DNA of 63,581 nt, counting the filler, from Stramenopiles sp. TOSAG23-3 (Eukaryota): assembly GCA_900128585.1 (NCBI GenBank). It is 24 parts of 24 records of this genome, joined end to end, with 100 filler letters (N's around TTAATTAATTAA, not from the genome) between each part and the next. Parts side by side here need not be neighbours in the genome. Positions count along the whole stretch, not along the records: positions 10,669 to 13,231 come from LT644725.1; positions 13,332 to 15,894 come from LT644726.1; positions 15,995 to 18,557 come from LT644727.1; positions 18,658 to 21,219 come from LT644728.1; positions 21,320 to 23,879 come from LT644729.1; 19 more parts are not named here. The stretch is one strand, 5' to 3'. The notes below the pieces were generated by a model. It made no database searches. It saw nothing but the letters and a program-made list of their open reading frames with translations, and had not been told where the DNA came from. Each line of letters starts with the position of its first letter. Positions within the stretch are counted from its first letter, which is position 1. Shown here piece by piece: positions 10,884-21,766 of the stretch. The position numbers and the translations under genes were made by a program.

Positions 10884-12695
10884 TTACTGTCCGGTCTTTG
10901 CCTTCTTTTTTGAGCCAGTAGCCCTCGACTTTGGCCCCCAAAACTTTTCAGGGTTCAGCTGGTATCTGACATACTCTTGCTGAAATGCTTTTCGAGCAGC
11001 CTTAGCTTCTGTGAGACCGGTTTCAAAATCTGGGGTTAAAGTTGGTGCTTTTTGCAAAATCTTGTAGCCTATGGACTCTGTATCGTTTGCCCGTTTGGAG
11101 GCTACAGGGTGCAGTTTAACCCACTGTCTAAATATATCCCAGATGACGTTTGCCGGTGCATCGGTTTTGATAGAATCAGGATTTGTTGCAGATTGCGAAA
11201 ATTTGAAGCCAGCGTTAGTTATTGCAACTTGCATTCTTAGAATACCTGGGGATTTACAACGAAGAGTTCGGCAAATCTGACTGAGGCTCCAAAAGAGGGG
11301 GACTTCGTTAACTTCGCCCAAGGCCTTCGCAACTTCTCCACGAATCCTTGGGACAGTTGTTAGGTACGGGTTCCATGGTTTAGGTTCAGGAACTTGCTCC
11401 TCATCTTGAGACTCATTTTCGCCTTCGATCGGTTCCGGCGCTTTCCTCTTTTTCGAGACCTTCGTAAAGCGACTTAACAGTTCTGTTGCAAAGCCACGAT
11501 TCAACATTGACCTGTTCCAAATGGGGCCACCTACAGAAAATGCACCTTCGCAGTGCTCACAACTTACCCCAACACATGGGCCTCGGGCAGGCATGGAGTG
11601 GCCATTTTTCGGGTTCAGCTTTCCCAGCGGCTGCAAGGCAAAAGCGTCACACTGGGTGCACTGGTACACGTTTGAAATCTTGGAGGATGCCAGGCGGCAT
11701 TCTTTGGCGCTCTCGTACACTCGAACAAACAGGCGAACGTAAAAATCAATACGCGCACAGAAAAGAGGCACAATGTAGCGTTTGTGTCGTGCTGCATGGC
11801 GATTCAAGTCAGCAAGGACAATGCGCAGGGCCATCTCGTGGCAGTATGGCCCTTTCAGAGGCACAGATCCGTACTTTGAATAGCATGCGTCCATGTGGCT
11901 TCCACAGAGCACCGAGAGGTCCGTGCAAGTCACCGCCAGAAGCCCGCCATCAGCCACACACTGGACCGCTCCGTCGAGGAATATAGAGGCACTACCGTAT
12001 GGGTCAAGGTCTACAACGTCGAATTGCTTCTCCCTGGACCTGTGGTTATACATAACTGTAGTTGCATCACCCAAATTTCCTATGCATTCAGACTTTGGTA
12101 TACCGTTAAAAAGTAAGTTCCTATTAATGGCTTCTACTGCAGCTTCATCAATGTCGTTCACCAAAATGCTTTGGATACCTGGAATTTCCTTCTTGTAGCG
12201 AATAGAGCGCAGCCCCGTTGCGCTCAAGGCTTCCAATATTTTAATCCCTTGCTCCTTTCCCTCCTTCTCTAGTTCCTTTCCTAAATCCATGTTGTGCTTT
12301 GAGTCCCAATGGTTGACCGTAGGAATCGGGCGGCGCCAGGAGCGGCCTTCCTCTTTCTTTTTTTCGCTGTCCTTGCGCTCCAGCAAGCGCTGTTCTGCAT
12401 ACATCGAAATGACGGCGGTGGATAGGTCACGGTTAAACACTTGTACTTTGTTGTAGAACACCTCGTTTTTGCTACCAAAATTGATCGAAGCAGCACCTTC
12501 CGTCAAAGTTAACGTCCCATCGTCGTTCTCAACGATGTTGGTCTGAGTCCCCCCTCCCCCCTTTCCGTCCGACGGTTTTCCCCCTGCCTGCATGTCTGAA
12601 GTAGCGAAAGTATTCCTAGGAAGGCAAAACGGTAAACTGTTATGTCTTCTTCTATTTTGCAGACACCTTGTCGTTAAATGTCTGGCAATGAACAT
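10884..12695 (-). CDS. TRM1: tRNA (guanine-26-N2)-dimethyltransferase
   Basis: VFYNKVQVFNRDLS, ILEALSATGLRSIRY, FDVVDLDPYGS, VTCTD, CHEMALR, DFYVR, CxxC/CEHC, GGPIW, KTDAP and NPEKFWGPKSRA. Confidence 0.96.
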   Translation of the reverse strand: MFIARHLTTRCLQNRRRHNSLPFCLPRNTFATSDMQAGGKPSDGKGGGGTQTNIVENDDGTLTLTEGAASINFGSKNEVFYNKVQVFNRDLSTAVISMYAEQRLLERKDSEKKKEEGRSWRRPIPTVNHWDSKHNMDLGKELEKEGKEQGIKILEALSATGLRSIRYKKEIPGIQSILVNDIDEAAVEAINRNLLFNGIPKSECIGNLGDATTVMYNHRSREKQFDVVDLDPYGSASIFLDGAVQCVADGGLLAVTCTDLSVLCGSHMDACYSKYGSVPLKGPYCHEMALRIVLADLNRHAARHKRYIVPLFCARIDFYVRLFVRVYESAKECRLASSKISNVYQCTQCDAFALQPLGKLNPKNGHSMPARGPCVGVSCEHCEGAFSVGGPIWNRSMLNRGFATELLSRFTKVSKKRKAPEPIEGENESQDEEQVPEPKPWNPYLTTVPRIRGEVAKALGEVNEVPLFWSLSQICRTLRCKSPGILRMQVAITNAGFKFSQSATNPDSIKTDAPANVIWDIFRQWVKLHPVASKRANDTESIGYKILQKAPTLTPDFETGLTEAKAARKAFQQEYVRYQLNPEKFWGPKSRATGSKKKAKTGQ

Positions 12696-13423
12696 TTATT
12701 GCTTACTTTACACGCAGCTTCCTCGTATTGTCCGTCACTCTCTGTACTGCCTCATTTATTTCGAATCAAAGTGGTCTGTATGTAATAAATAATGGATGGC
12801 AATATGAATTGTGGACGCAAGAAATAATGATTGGTTCGATCTTCTTCCTCTTCTTCTTCTTCTTCCTCCGTCCTCCGGCCTCCTTTGTTCCAAAAAAAGA
12901 AGTAGTTGTTGTTGTTGATGATGATATTAATATAATAGCAATTTATTATTACCGTACATTACATTATTATTACAGTATTTATTATTATTATTTATATTAA
13001 AATATTATTTTTTGTTGTCTTCTTCTTCTTTTTTTAATAATTTCGCGAGATTCTTCCTACCGCCGGTATTATTAATTATTCTAATAATAATAAACCCCCT
13101 CAAATCAATTGATGAGATGATGAATGGTCCTCTCGAGCCATCATCCTCTTATTACCGAGTACGTAATAATATTACCTGATACCGCTTACTATCAGGCTGT
13201 ATAATAGAAAAATAAAAAAGAAGAATCAAATNNNNNNNNNNNNNNNNNNNNNNNNNNNNNNNNNNNNNNNNNNNNTTAATTAATTAANNNNNNNNNNNNN
13301 NNNNNNNNNNNNNNNNNNNNNNNNNNNNNNNCTGCTTCTGTCTCATCTGTTATGTTATACAATGCTGATCAAGCAATCCCAACAAATCATTGTGTCAATT
13401 TGATAACGTTGTCTAGTTCTTAA

Positions 13424-14605
13424 ATGGCTTGTTCTGGGCCAAACCGGGACCGCCTCTTTACCAAGTCACCATGGGGGCTTCGTGTGCAAACAATTGTTCT
13501 TGCTTTTCTTGTGAAAACCGGCTTAAACCCCAACGAAATTGCGAAAGGGAAAGCAAATTGCCCCGTCAGCGTACCCAAAACAACCATTTATAGATGGTGG
13601 AAACATTACAATGACTATGGTGAAGTCCAGGAGATAACTAGAAGGCACGCCGTTAGGAGCCGCAGAAAACTTATACCACCAGTGCATTTGCAAGTGGTGA
13701 AAGGCCTCCTGACTCGTGATCCAAGGTTATATGTAGATGAAATCCAAGAGGCACTAGATCGAGTAGTAGGCGTGCGATATTCTCTAAAGAGCATTGCAAA
13801 TGCAATCAAACGGCCGCCTGCACGGGGGGGACTTGGTTACACCCAAAGAGTTTTGGAAGAGCGAGCTGCGCAAGCATCAGAAGAAGAACAACACCTGTAC
13901 CGATGCTGCATTTCCTCTGTCCCTCGCCCAGAAATGCTGGTATTCATAGATGAGACCCACAAATCACGTAAAGATGCGCGACGTAGGCGGGGATGGGGAC
14001 CCATTGGGAAAGCAATTATATCAAAGCTTCTTTTTAATTCCTCAGATAGAGAAAACTACACCTTGATAGGGGCGGTAGATATTGGGGGTTTCATCAAAAG
14101 CGCATGCCATGTGGTTTTCAGGAAGCACAACAGTTCAGACATGGAACCTACACGGGGGAGTGTAGATGGAGATAGGTTTGTAGCATACGTGGAAGAAATT
14201 TTGGTTCCTGAATTAGGGCGATATGAACACAATGAGCCGCGAAGCGTGGTTGTTCTGGACAATGCTTCTATCCACAAAGACCCACGGGTAGTGGAGCTTA
14301 TAGAAGAGGCCGGTGCACGCGTAATTTGGACGGCTCCGTACTCGCCGTGGCTCAACCCAATTGAGCACTGCTTTGCTTCATACAAACGCCGACTGCAGCG
14401 GTTAGAAAAGCTTGGAACTATTGAGAGGCACATAATGGCGCTTGATTGTGTTGATTTCAACAACATGATAAAATTATACGGAGGCATTGGGTGTGTAAGA
14501 GGTTTGGAAGAACTTGAACGTAAAATTGTTGAACAACAAAAAAAGAGGTCATTTATCAAGATTGCTCTTTGCCTTTTTGCATTTGCTCAAGTGAGCTCGC
14601 AGTAA
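13424..14605 (+). mobile_element. IS630/Tc1-mariner superfamily transposase, DD34E, intact ORF
   Basis: N-terminal HTH (TTIYRWW; P.LYVDEIQ); catalytic FIDET, VLDNASIH and APYSPWLNPIE with exactly 34 residues between D2 and E; TIRs not visible on the contig. Confidence 0.9.
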
Positions 14606-14746
14606 ATTTATATCAAGAGACTTAAAACTTAACTATATATAGAGAGTGATGCCTTTAAACAAAAAGATCTTTACCTTTTTCTTCAAAAATTGTACTCTCT
14701 GAATTTACTCGCAGCATCAACTGTAATTGAAACCCGCGACATTCGT

Positions 14747-15894
14747 TCACACCAAGGCTTTATACTTGGTTCTCAAATCTTTAATTTGCTTTCTGATGTC
14801 TCTGATCTCATCTTCATCGCGATCAATTTTTGCTACACCTAGCTCACTTTTAAGTTCACCTCTCCAAAAGTCTATGTCGTTCTTCAGTGTTAATTTTTCT
14901 GCACTTAAATTCCGCAATGAAGGTGCGCTTTCGTTAGCAGAAGAACGGCTTTCACTGAACGAACTGCCTGGGCCATGGACCGAAACAGAGCTAGAACCAC
15001 CGCGGAATACTGAAGCAAGTTCGGAAACAAACCCACGCAAATCGCTATTATTTTCTTTTTTTTCAGGATCCAGTTTTGGGTTATAAAAAACAACCCTTGG
15101 TGGGGATTCTAAAGCTGCTGCAGAATACTTACCTCTGCGTGGTTCTGTTGAGTGAAGATGATGACTGCCTCGTTCGCGTTTAAAATTTCTGTATGGAATA
15201 AGTGGCAGCCTCTCCAAATTTGACACCTGGACACTGTCAAAGTCCAGCAGTTGATTTTGAATCCACGCTGTTTGAAAATACATTGGTGCAAAGATTCTGA
15301 TATCGTTTGTGTTCATCGACGCCCAAAACCCGTTTTTAGGATGCGGGTTGGAGACTAGCGCTGTCAAAAAAACTATTGCGTCTTTGACATTACTGACTGC
15401 AGCTTTCTTTAATTGTTTTTTGTTGTGGTCTGTTCTATGTAACGGTCCAGCAATGGCCGGCGGCTTTGGATTGTAATGTCCACTCAGCGTACAAGGTCCT
15501 TCATGAGAGCATGCACCAATTCCTATTTCTACCAAGTATGAAATTTCCAAAACTTGATCTTTTGTAACCTTGTTCTTGATACATTTCTCAAACATCTTTA
15601 GCGTATTCTCGCTGTTCAGATTTTTATAAGTTCCATGTTTGCCTCTACTGCTCGCCTTGACAAGTAACTGTGCCTGATCGCACAAGTGTTCTGTGGTCAG
15701 CAATTGACTCCCTTCTTCTACACACAACATTGTCAAGAAATGAAATACTTCTTTCTCAGTCCAGTTAGTAACAAAAAAACCGTCTATTGTCAGTGGGAAG
15801 TTTTCTGTGACAGAAATATTGAACGGCGTTGATATGATGCTCAAAGAATCCGCTTTCTTTGCGTCTTGACTAATACGCCCGCGTAATAAAAGAT
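14747..15894 (-). CDS. Accessory ORF convergent with the transposase; weak Myb/SANT-like N-terminal motif and C-terminal coiled coil; 5' truncated
   Basis: Frame stays open from the contig edge for about 380 codons; NWTEKEVFHFLTML; helical tail EDEIRDIRKQIKDLRTKYK; low GC like the transposase. Confidence 0.6.
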
Positions 15895-15994
15895 NNNNNN
15901 NNNNNNNNNNNNNNNNNNNNNNNNNNNNNNNNNNNNNNTTAATTAATTAANNNNNNNNNNNNNNNNNNNNNNNNNNNNNNNNNNNNNNNNNNNN

Positions 15995-17074
15995 GGGAAG
16001 AGCAGTTCAATAGCTTCCCCCAAGCGCGGTGCGCAGCCCAAACGAAAAAATACAACCGTTGACGACGTTGCCAGCGCAATACAGAAAACCTCAGCCCAAA
16101 GAACAAAGCAAGTTTTATCAGATGAGGTAGACCAGAAATTTTCTTTGCAAAAACGAAAAAATACAACCGTTGACGACGTTGCCCTGGAATACGAAGGAAT
16201 GGAAAGGAGAATGGGGTCAAACCATAAAAGCATGGTTTCGGAGAAAAGCATTCTTGATTTAAAAGGAACAACCGCAATACAGAAAAGCGCAACCCAAAGA
16301 ACAAAACAAGTTTTATCAGATGAGGTAGACCAGAAAGTTTCTTTGCAAATAAAAACAGAACAAGGCGTTGTCGTTGATGGTCGGGAGAAAATGATGTTAC
16401 CAAAAGAGGAGGTGCAAATGGAAAATAAACCAGCCGAACAGAGTTTATTACCTGACAGTCAAATGTACACAAAACAAAATTCGGTTCAACCGGGAGAAGT
16501 TCCTATAGAAACAAGCTTGGAGGGACTAACAGAAACGTGTGCAAAGGGTCCAGAGCGTTCAGGCGTCAAGCGATGCGTTTTCGAGGGCAAAAGTACCGTT
16601 AAAGCCCCGAAGGACACTGTTGAAGCCTCAGATATATCACAAGCAAATGCAGAGATATTCAAGGATATTACAAATCAATTAGATGAAATGCAGGAGAGGC
16701 TACTTTACACAAAGCGCAATGTTGAGTTGAATATTGCTCGCACGGATCCAAACTGGCGACTGGGAAATGAAACCAAGTCAATTCGAAGCAAAGCAACAAG
16801 TCGTTTAAGGGATGCCGCAGGGAGTATCAGGAGAAACGCTCTAAAAGCGCGGGCAGCATCACTGCGGGGGAATTCTCACCCCATAGTTGCTTCCTACGAC
16901 CCATTGGGTGCGTCAATATTGCAAGGAGAAGGGGTGACAGGTACGGTTTGCTCAATTTCATTAACTCCAAAACAGAAAAAAAAAAACGTTTTGAATCTTG
17001 CTGATTTTGCTTCGGCCATTTCACGCTTTGCCATATGGGTTTGCGCTGCTGATTGTGCTACCCGCACCAATTGA
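15995..17074 (+). CDS. Unknown protein C-terminal part with internal repeats (KRKNTTVDDVA x2; AIQK...QRTKQVLSDEVDQK.SLQ x2)
   Basis: Frame open from the contig edge; DNA-level duplications at ~16039/16150 and ~16073/16272. Confidence 0.55.
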   Translation, partial: GKSSSIASPKRGAQPKRKNTTVDDVASAIQKTSAQRTKQVLSDEVDQKFSLQKRKNTTVDDVALEYEGMERRMGSNHKSMVSEKSILDLKGTTAIQKSATQRTKQVLSDEVDQKVSLQIKTEQGVVVDGREKMMLPKEEVQMENKPAEQSLLPDSQMYTKQNSVQPGEVPIETSLEGLTETCAKGPERSGVKRCVFEGKSTVKAPKDTVEASDISQANAEIFKDITNQLDEMQERLLYTKRNVELNIARTDPNWRLGNETKSIRSKATSRLRDAAGSIRRNALKARAASLRGNSHPIVASYDPLGASILQGEGVTGTVCSISLTPKQKKKNVLNLADFASAISRFAIWVCAADCATRTN

Positions 17075-18557
17075 GTCTGTCCCCCGTGGGTAGATGTAAG
17101 ATGCATGATTTTATTTGCAGTGCTGCTGTCTATCACTGGATCATCTTTCAAATAGTTCACTCCTTGAATATGCTTTTCTAACACATCAGCACTGTATGTT
17201 AGCTCCCCTCCCCCAGCGCCTCCGATGCCATATCCGCCGCCGAGTCCACCACTTATAGACATGTTCTGTATGCTTGTGGGAACACCGGCTTTCAGTTCTT
17301 GGACCAACTTTGAGACTCCAATACGGTGATACGCTAAGTGGCTGGAAGACAATTCTTTTTCCAATTGCGACATGGTTATACTCCCGCCGTAGTGCCCAAC
17401 AATTCCTTCAACCTTGGAAGTCATCTCAGGGCTGACAGGTTGGGGTACCCCACTTTCCGCCGCTCCTTTGTTAATGGTGTTAATGGCGTTCATAACGGTT
17501 GGGTAATATATCGTCACTTCACAGTTTGCTTGCCCAGAAGCCCCTTGTCCACCACCGGACCCCGCAGATATTCCGTATCCACCTCCAGCTAAAGCGGATT
17601 CTCCTCCTATAGAATGCAACAGGTTTCCAATGGTATCCTGCTCACTCCGCTGCAACTCACTCGAAATGTAATTGCAAACAGCCGTTTCCAGCATGTTTCC
17701 TTCCATTGCTAAACTCTTAACATCGACAGCGGTTAAATAAGAGTTCTTTTCGCACATTTCTAAAATCCTTCTACGCAAGGGCAACGGTACGTACGTACGA
17801 TCCCCAACTTCCCCAATTGCTTTCATTAGATCGTTGGCATTATATCTCGTTTCCCCCGGGGGACCACCAGACCTCGTAGTACCTCCACCTGTGGAGCCTG
17901 GCATTCCCGCGTCTGTTTGAGAGCTATTTTTGATGCCAGCGTAGGATCCTATCCTTGAGCAAACTTCATCTAAGAGTTCCCTGGCCTCGTTGGTTTGTTC
18001 ATGATCTTCGCCTAAAATATCGAGTCTAATTTTGAATGAGTCCTTGTACAACTTTTCTGCCAAAAGCACGTGGTTCATGGTATGGTGGGTAAATCCAATG
18101 CACAAGCTAACAGTGGCAACTTCTAGGCTGTGACGACCGTACATCACCTCGTACGCTTTTCTTGCGCTGTAAAATTCCTCTAAACATCGTTCGTACTGCT
18201 TTAATAGTCTGTACAGAACAGCTACGTTCACCTGGGTCTGGCATGTCATATCGTGATAAATTCCGTAGTGGGCGGTATTAATTAAAAGGGATTTGCCCTC
18301 AAAGTTAAGTGCCATTTCTGGATCTCCAAGCTTTACGAAACACCCGGAAATGTCGTGGTAAGTATCGGCCGTTTTAGGGTCCCACTTTCCAAACCGTGTG
18401 TCTGCAATGTGCGCACTTTGAATGAAGCATTTTTGGGCTTCGGCTATGTAACCATTTGATAAGTACAAGTTTCCCATTCGTATGCACAATTTTATGCCTA
18501 CAATCGCGTGAGGGTGGGCTAATCTAGAGCCTTGTATATTAAAGCAAACATTCAGCA
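16894..18557 (-). CDS. TPR-repeat protein (kinesin light chain/Clueless-type TPRs) with Gly-rich linkers; 5' truncated
   Basis: Repeats of the form G..HP/D.TA.TY..I, YG.HSLEVA and LGEDHEQT; frame open to the contig edge. Confidence 0.75.
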
Positions 18558-18962
18558 NNNNNNNNNNNNNNNNNNNNNNNNNNNNNNNNNNNNNNNNNNN
18601 NTTAATTAATTAANNNNNNNNNNNNNNNNNNNNNNNNNNNNNNNNNNNNNNNNNNNNAAAATATAGTAATCGATCGCGTACAACAAAACTTCAAATTGAA
18701 AACAACCATCATTACTTCGATATTTGTGGTTTATGCATACTATGTACATTAGTTAACTTCAATTGGCTTTGTTTTGTATACATGTGTGAATGATTTTTGT
18801 TTTTAAAGATCTTAAGAAAAGAAACGGATTCCGTACTGCAGTAGTTCAGATATAAAATTGTATTTATGTACTTTTCAATTGAACTCGATTACTGGTTAAA
18901 CGATATTTAGATTGAAAGGATTACGTACGTACGTATATACCTACGATAACTTACGTGCTCAG

Positions 18963-19157
18963 ATGAAAGGACTTTCGTTTGTGTTGGTGCTTTTTGGAAT
19001 GTTATCGGTGGTGGTGTTGGGCGGGGCGCACCACGAGAAACCACGGGATCCGCGCCATTTACAAGAACGTCATCCTCCCGCCGAGCAACAATACTGGAAA
19101 GAACGGCAGAGGCGCCACCACCAAATGATGCATGATGCGAGAAGAGAGGGGCTGTAA
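18963..19157 (+). CDS. Small putative secreted His/Arg-rich peptide (64 aa)
   Basis: MKGLSFVLVLFGMLSVVVLG signal peptide followed by HHEKPRDPRH...RREGL; GC-rich island in AT-rich flanks. Confidence 0.5.
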   Translation: MKGLSFVLVLFGMLSVVVLGGAHHEKPRDPRHLQERHPPAEQQYWKERQRRHHQMMHDARREGL

Positions 19158-19497
19158 ACCCAATGCGCATTATACAAGTGTGGGGCATTTGCAATTTGGC
19201 TAACATGCATAAATGGACTCGTCGCGAGCGACAAGAGGGAGTACGGTAATAGATTTGTCGAAATTATTTAAAAATATATTTTTTTACTTTTTATATTAAG
19301 TCTTAAACTTTAAAAAAAAATCGTACTCTCTGTGACGATAATTTTTACAGTGTACGATCTTAAATGATAAAAGAAGAATTCAGAGAGTGAATGGATTTTG
19401 TATGATACTTTAAAACTTTAAGAATTTTATTTTACTGATTTAAAATGTTTTCCACCGGGAGGAGTAAATTTTAATAAATCGTTCAATTTATAAAATG

Positions 19498-20583
19498 CTA
19501 ATCACTCTCAGAGCTGTCCTCGTCGTCGCTATCGTCGGCGCCAAACATTAGAGGAGCAATGTTCATTTCCAGATTGTCTTCTTCGGCCTCGACGTCCTCG
19601 CCTGCTTTTTTCTGCACTTGCGCTTTTGCAGCGACCGGAGCGGCAACGGAGGCATGAGGGGGAAGCGGCGCCGCGGCTGTTTCCTTCTTCTCGACGACTT
19701 TCTTTTTCAAAAAGCGTTCTTCCCACGGCACGGTGCCCAGACCATGGGCCACCTTCATTTTCTCAACACTAAATTCGTCGAGCATCTCTTGCTCCAACTC
19801 GTGCGTCTCCCCAACGATTACCAGGGAATGCAGCGGTCCCCCAAAATCGAGGGTGGCCAACTCCTCCATGGTCCCCGCCACCACCAACTGGTCTGCCCTG
19901 CCCACGCGTGCAAGGCCGACGCATTGGGTTTCCCGGCTGTAAACTCCCCCTTTCCTAATGTTTTCTTCCACGTAAAGCAGCTGCTGAAGGGCATTTGATA
20001 TTTGCATGTACCTGGGTGGTAAAAACACCGTTCGCCCCCGGCACATCTCGTCGAGATCAGGTTCTTTGACTTTGATGTCTAGCAGGCACAAGGTGTGCAA
20101 CCCGTGCTGCCGATTGATCTTTATCTTTTCGTAGTAGCTCGTAGGCTGCGTTTCATCGGAGCTGCCGTCGCGGAAAAAACATATCGAAATTGTTTGGCCG
20201 TAGTTATACAGCTGCAACCCGCAGCAGCCTATCGCGCTCATGATACATGCGTTGTGAAAAACTTGCACTTTGATCCCCAACGCCCGCGCCCTCAGCGCCA
20301 GGTCTGTATGGGTCGTCGCACAGTACGGGTCCCCTACGACCAGGAAGGACACATTTTTTGTTTTCGCGGCGTTCAGAATGAGGTCAGCCTCGGATTCTAC
20401 ACGTGTCCGATCAGCCAATTCCACTTTCTTACCATAATACTCCTCCAGCTTATCCGTTTCCACGCCAAGAATTGACGTATAGGCCTCCAAAAACACCCTA
20501 TCGCTCTTTCTGATGGCCGCCAGGCCGTTCACTGAAACGTCTTTCTCGTCACCCAAACCCAGGCCTACAAGAAAAAGTGGCAT
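19498..20583 (-). CDS. DPH5: Diphthine methyl ester synthase
   Basis: LVGLGLGDEKD, LEAYTS, LVVGDP.CATTHTDL, GLQLYNYGQTIS, GLHTLCLLDIKVKE and DFGGPLHSL. Confidence 0.97.
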   Translation of the reverse strand: MPLFLVGLGLGDEKDVSVNGLAAIRKSDRVFLEAYTSILGVETDKLEEYYGKKVELADRTRVESEADLILNAAKTKNVSFLVVGDPYCATTHTDLALRARALGIKVQVFHNACIMSAIGCCGLQLYNYGQTISICFFRDGSSDETQPTSYYEKIKINRQHGLHTLCLLDIKVKEPDLDEMCRGRTVFLPPRYMQISNALQQLLYVEENIRKGGVYSRETQCVGLARVGRADQLVVAGTMEELATLDFGGPLHSLVIVGETHELEQEMLDEFSVEKMKVAHGLGTVPWEERFLKKKVVEKKETAAAPLPPHASVAAPVAAKAQVQKKAGEDVEAEEDNLEMNIAPLMFGADDSDDEDSSESD

Positions 20584-20807
20584 TGTCGTTCAACTTTATT
20601 TGCAGTCGTCAAACAGATATTCTGGAAATAAAAAATTCTAAATTTATTCGTCCTCTAATATCAGCTCGTCAAAGTATTTCGACTGCGCCAAATACCTTTG
20701 CTTCAAGGAGATTCATGATGGCTAAACTGGTTTCCATATCGCACTTATTGTATTACCGACACGTACAAAAATGCAAATCATTTTAAAATGTGTATAGTTT
20801 TTTTTCG

Positions 20808-21002
20808 CGAAGAAGAAGAAGAAGATAGAAGAAGAAGAAGAGAAGAAGAAGAGAAAGAAAAGAAAAGAAAAGAAAAGAAGAAAAGAAGAAGAAAGAAGGA
20901 AGAAGAAGAAGAAGAGAAAGAAGAAAAAAAGAAGAAGTATAAGAAGAAAAGAGAATAGAAGAAGAAGAAGAGAAAAAAAGAAAGAGAAAGAAGAAGAAGA
21001 AG
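20808..21002. repeat. GAA/GAAA-rich microsatellite (similar tracts at 21171-21219, 37246-37349, 53120-53200, 63482-63581)
   Basis: Direct inspection; several tracts sit at contig ends. Confidence 0.9.
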
Positions 21003-21766
21003 GACGAAAGCCAACCAAAAGCTAAATATAGTCCGTCCTATCCTCTTGTGTGTATCTCACGCAACCAAAGGACGTGGTCCAACGGTGGTGCCCCACTAAT
21101 TTGTATTTTTATATGTTTTATATAGACATAGCATACAAACTGAAATCCTTCTTCTATATAGATAGACCTTGAAAAAAAGAAGAAGAAGAAGAAAGAAGAA
21201 GAAGAACAAAGAAGAAGAANNNNNNNNNNNNNNNNNNNNNNNNNNNNNNNNNNNNNNNNNNNNTTAATTAATTAANNNNNNNNNNNNNNNNNNNNNNNNN
21301 NNNNNNNNNNNNNNNNNNNTACAAGTACAAAACATGGAATTTTTCACAAAAACTTTAAATATCGTACTTGTAATATTAGCCTATATAACTCGGTATAGTA
21401 AAAATAAACTAAACCATTTTTTCTGAAATAAAAAAACACTTCTACCATGCTATTTCTATGTATTAGTTAAAAATCATCCTAATGGTGTGTTCGTGTACTG
21501 AAAATTCCTATTTTTTACATTTAATTTACTATAAATAATATATAAAACCAACATTTCACCGGAAGAGAATGATGATGTGTTTGGTGGTATCGTTGTATAC
21601 GAGTCCTAGTTATAGAATCGACGAGGGAAAAAAGAAGAATAGTTTGCATTGACCCCAGAGCAAATATATATCGACGAAAAATTTATATATACGGCACTGC
21701 GTTTGACTTGTGGTCGGTGCCGTGACTAATTTCCAAGAACTTTATTACCTGTAGTGCGGGAGTGAA

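Noticed and set aside
14747-15894. Possible Fanzor/TnpB next to the IS630-type transposase
   Set aside because: No RuvC-I D(P/L)G, no RuvC-III RDxN(A/G) motif and no CxxC...CxxC ribbon in the visible C-terminal 380 residues.
20722-21018. Phe/Leu/Ser-rich ORFs resembling membrane proteins
   Set aside because: Translations of the GAA microsatellite.
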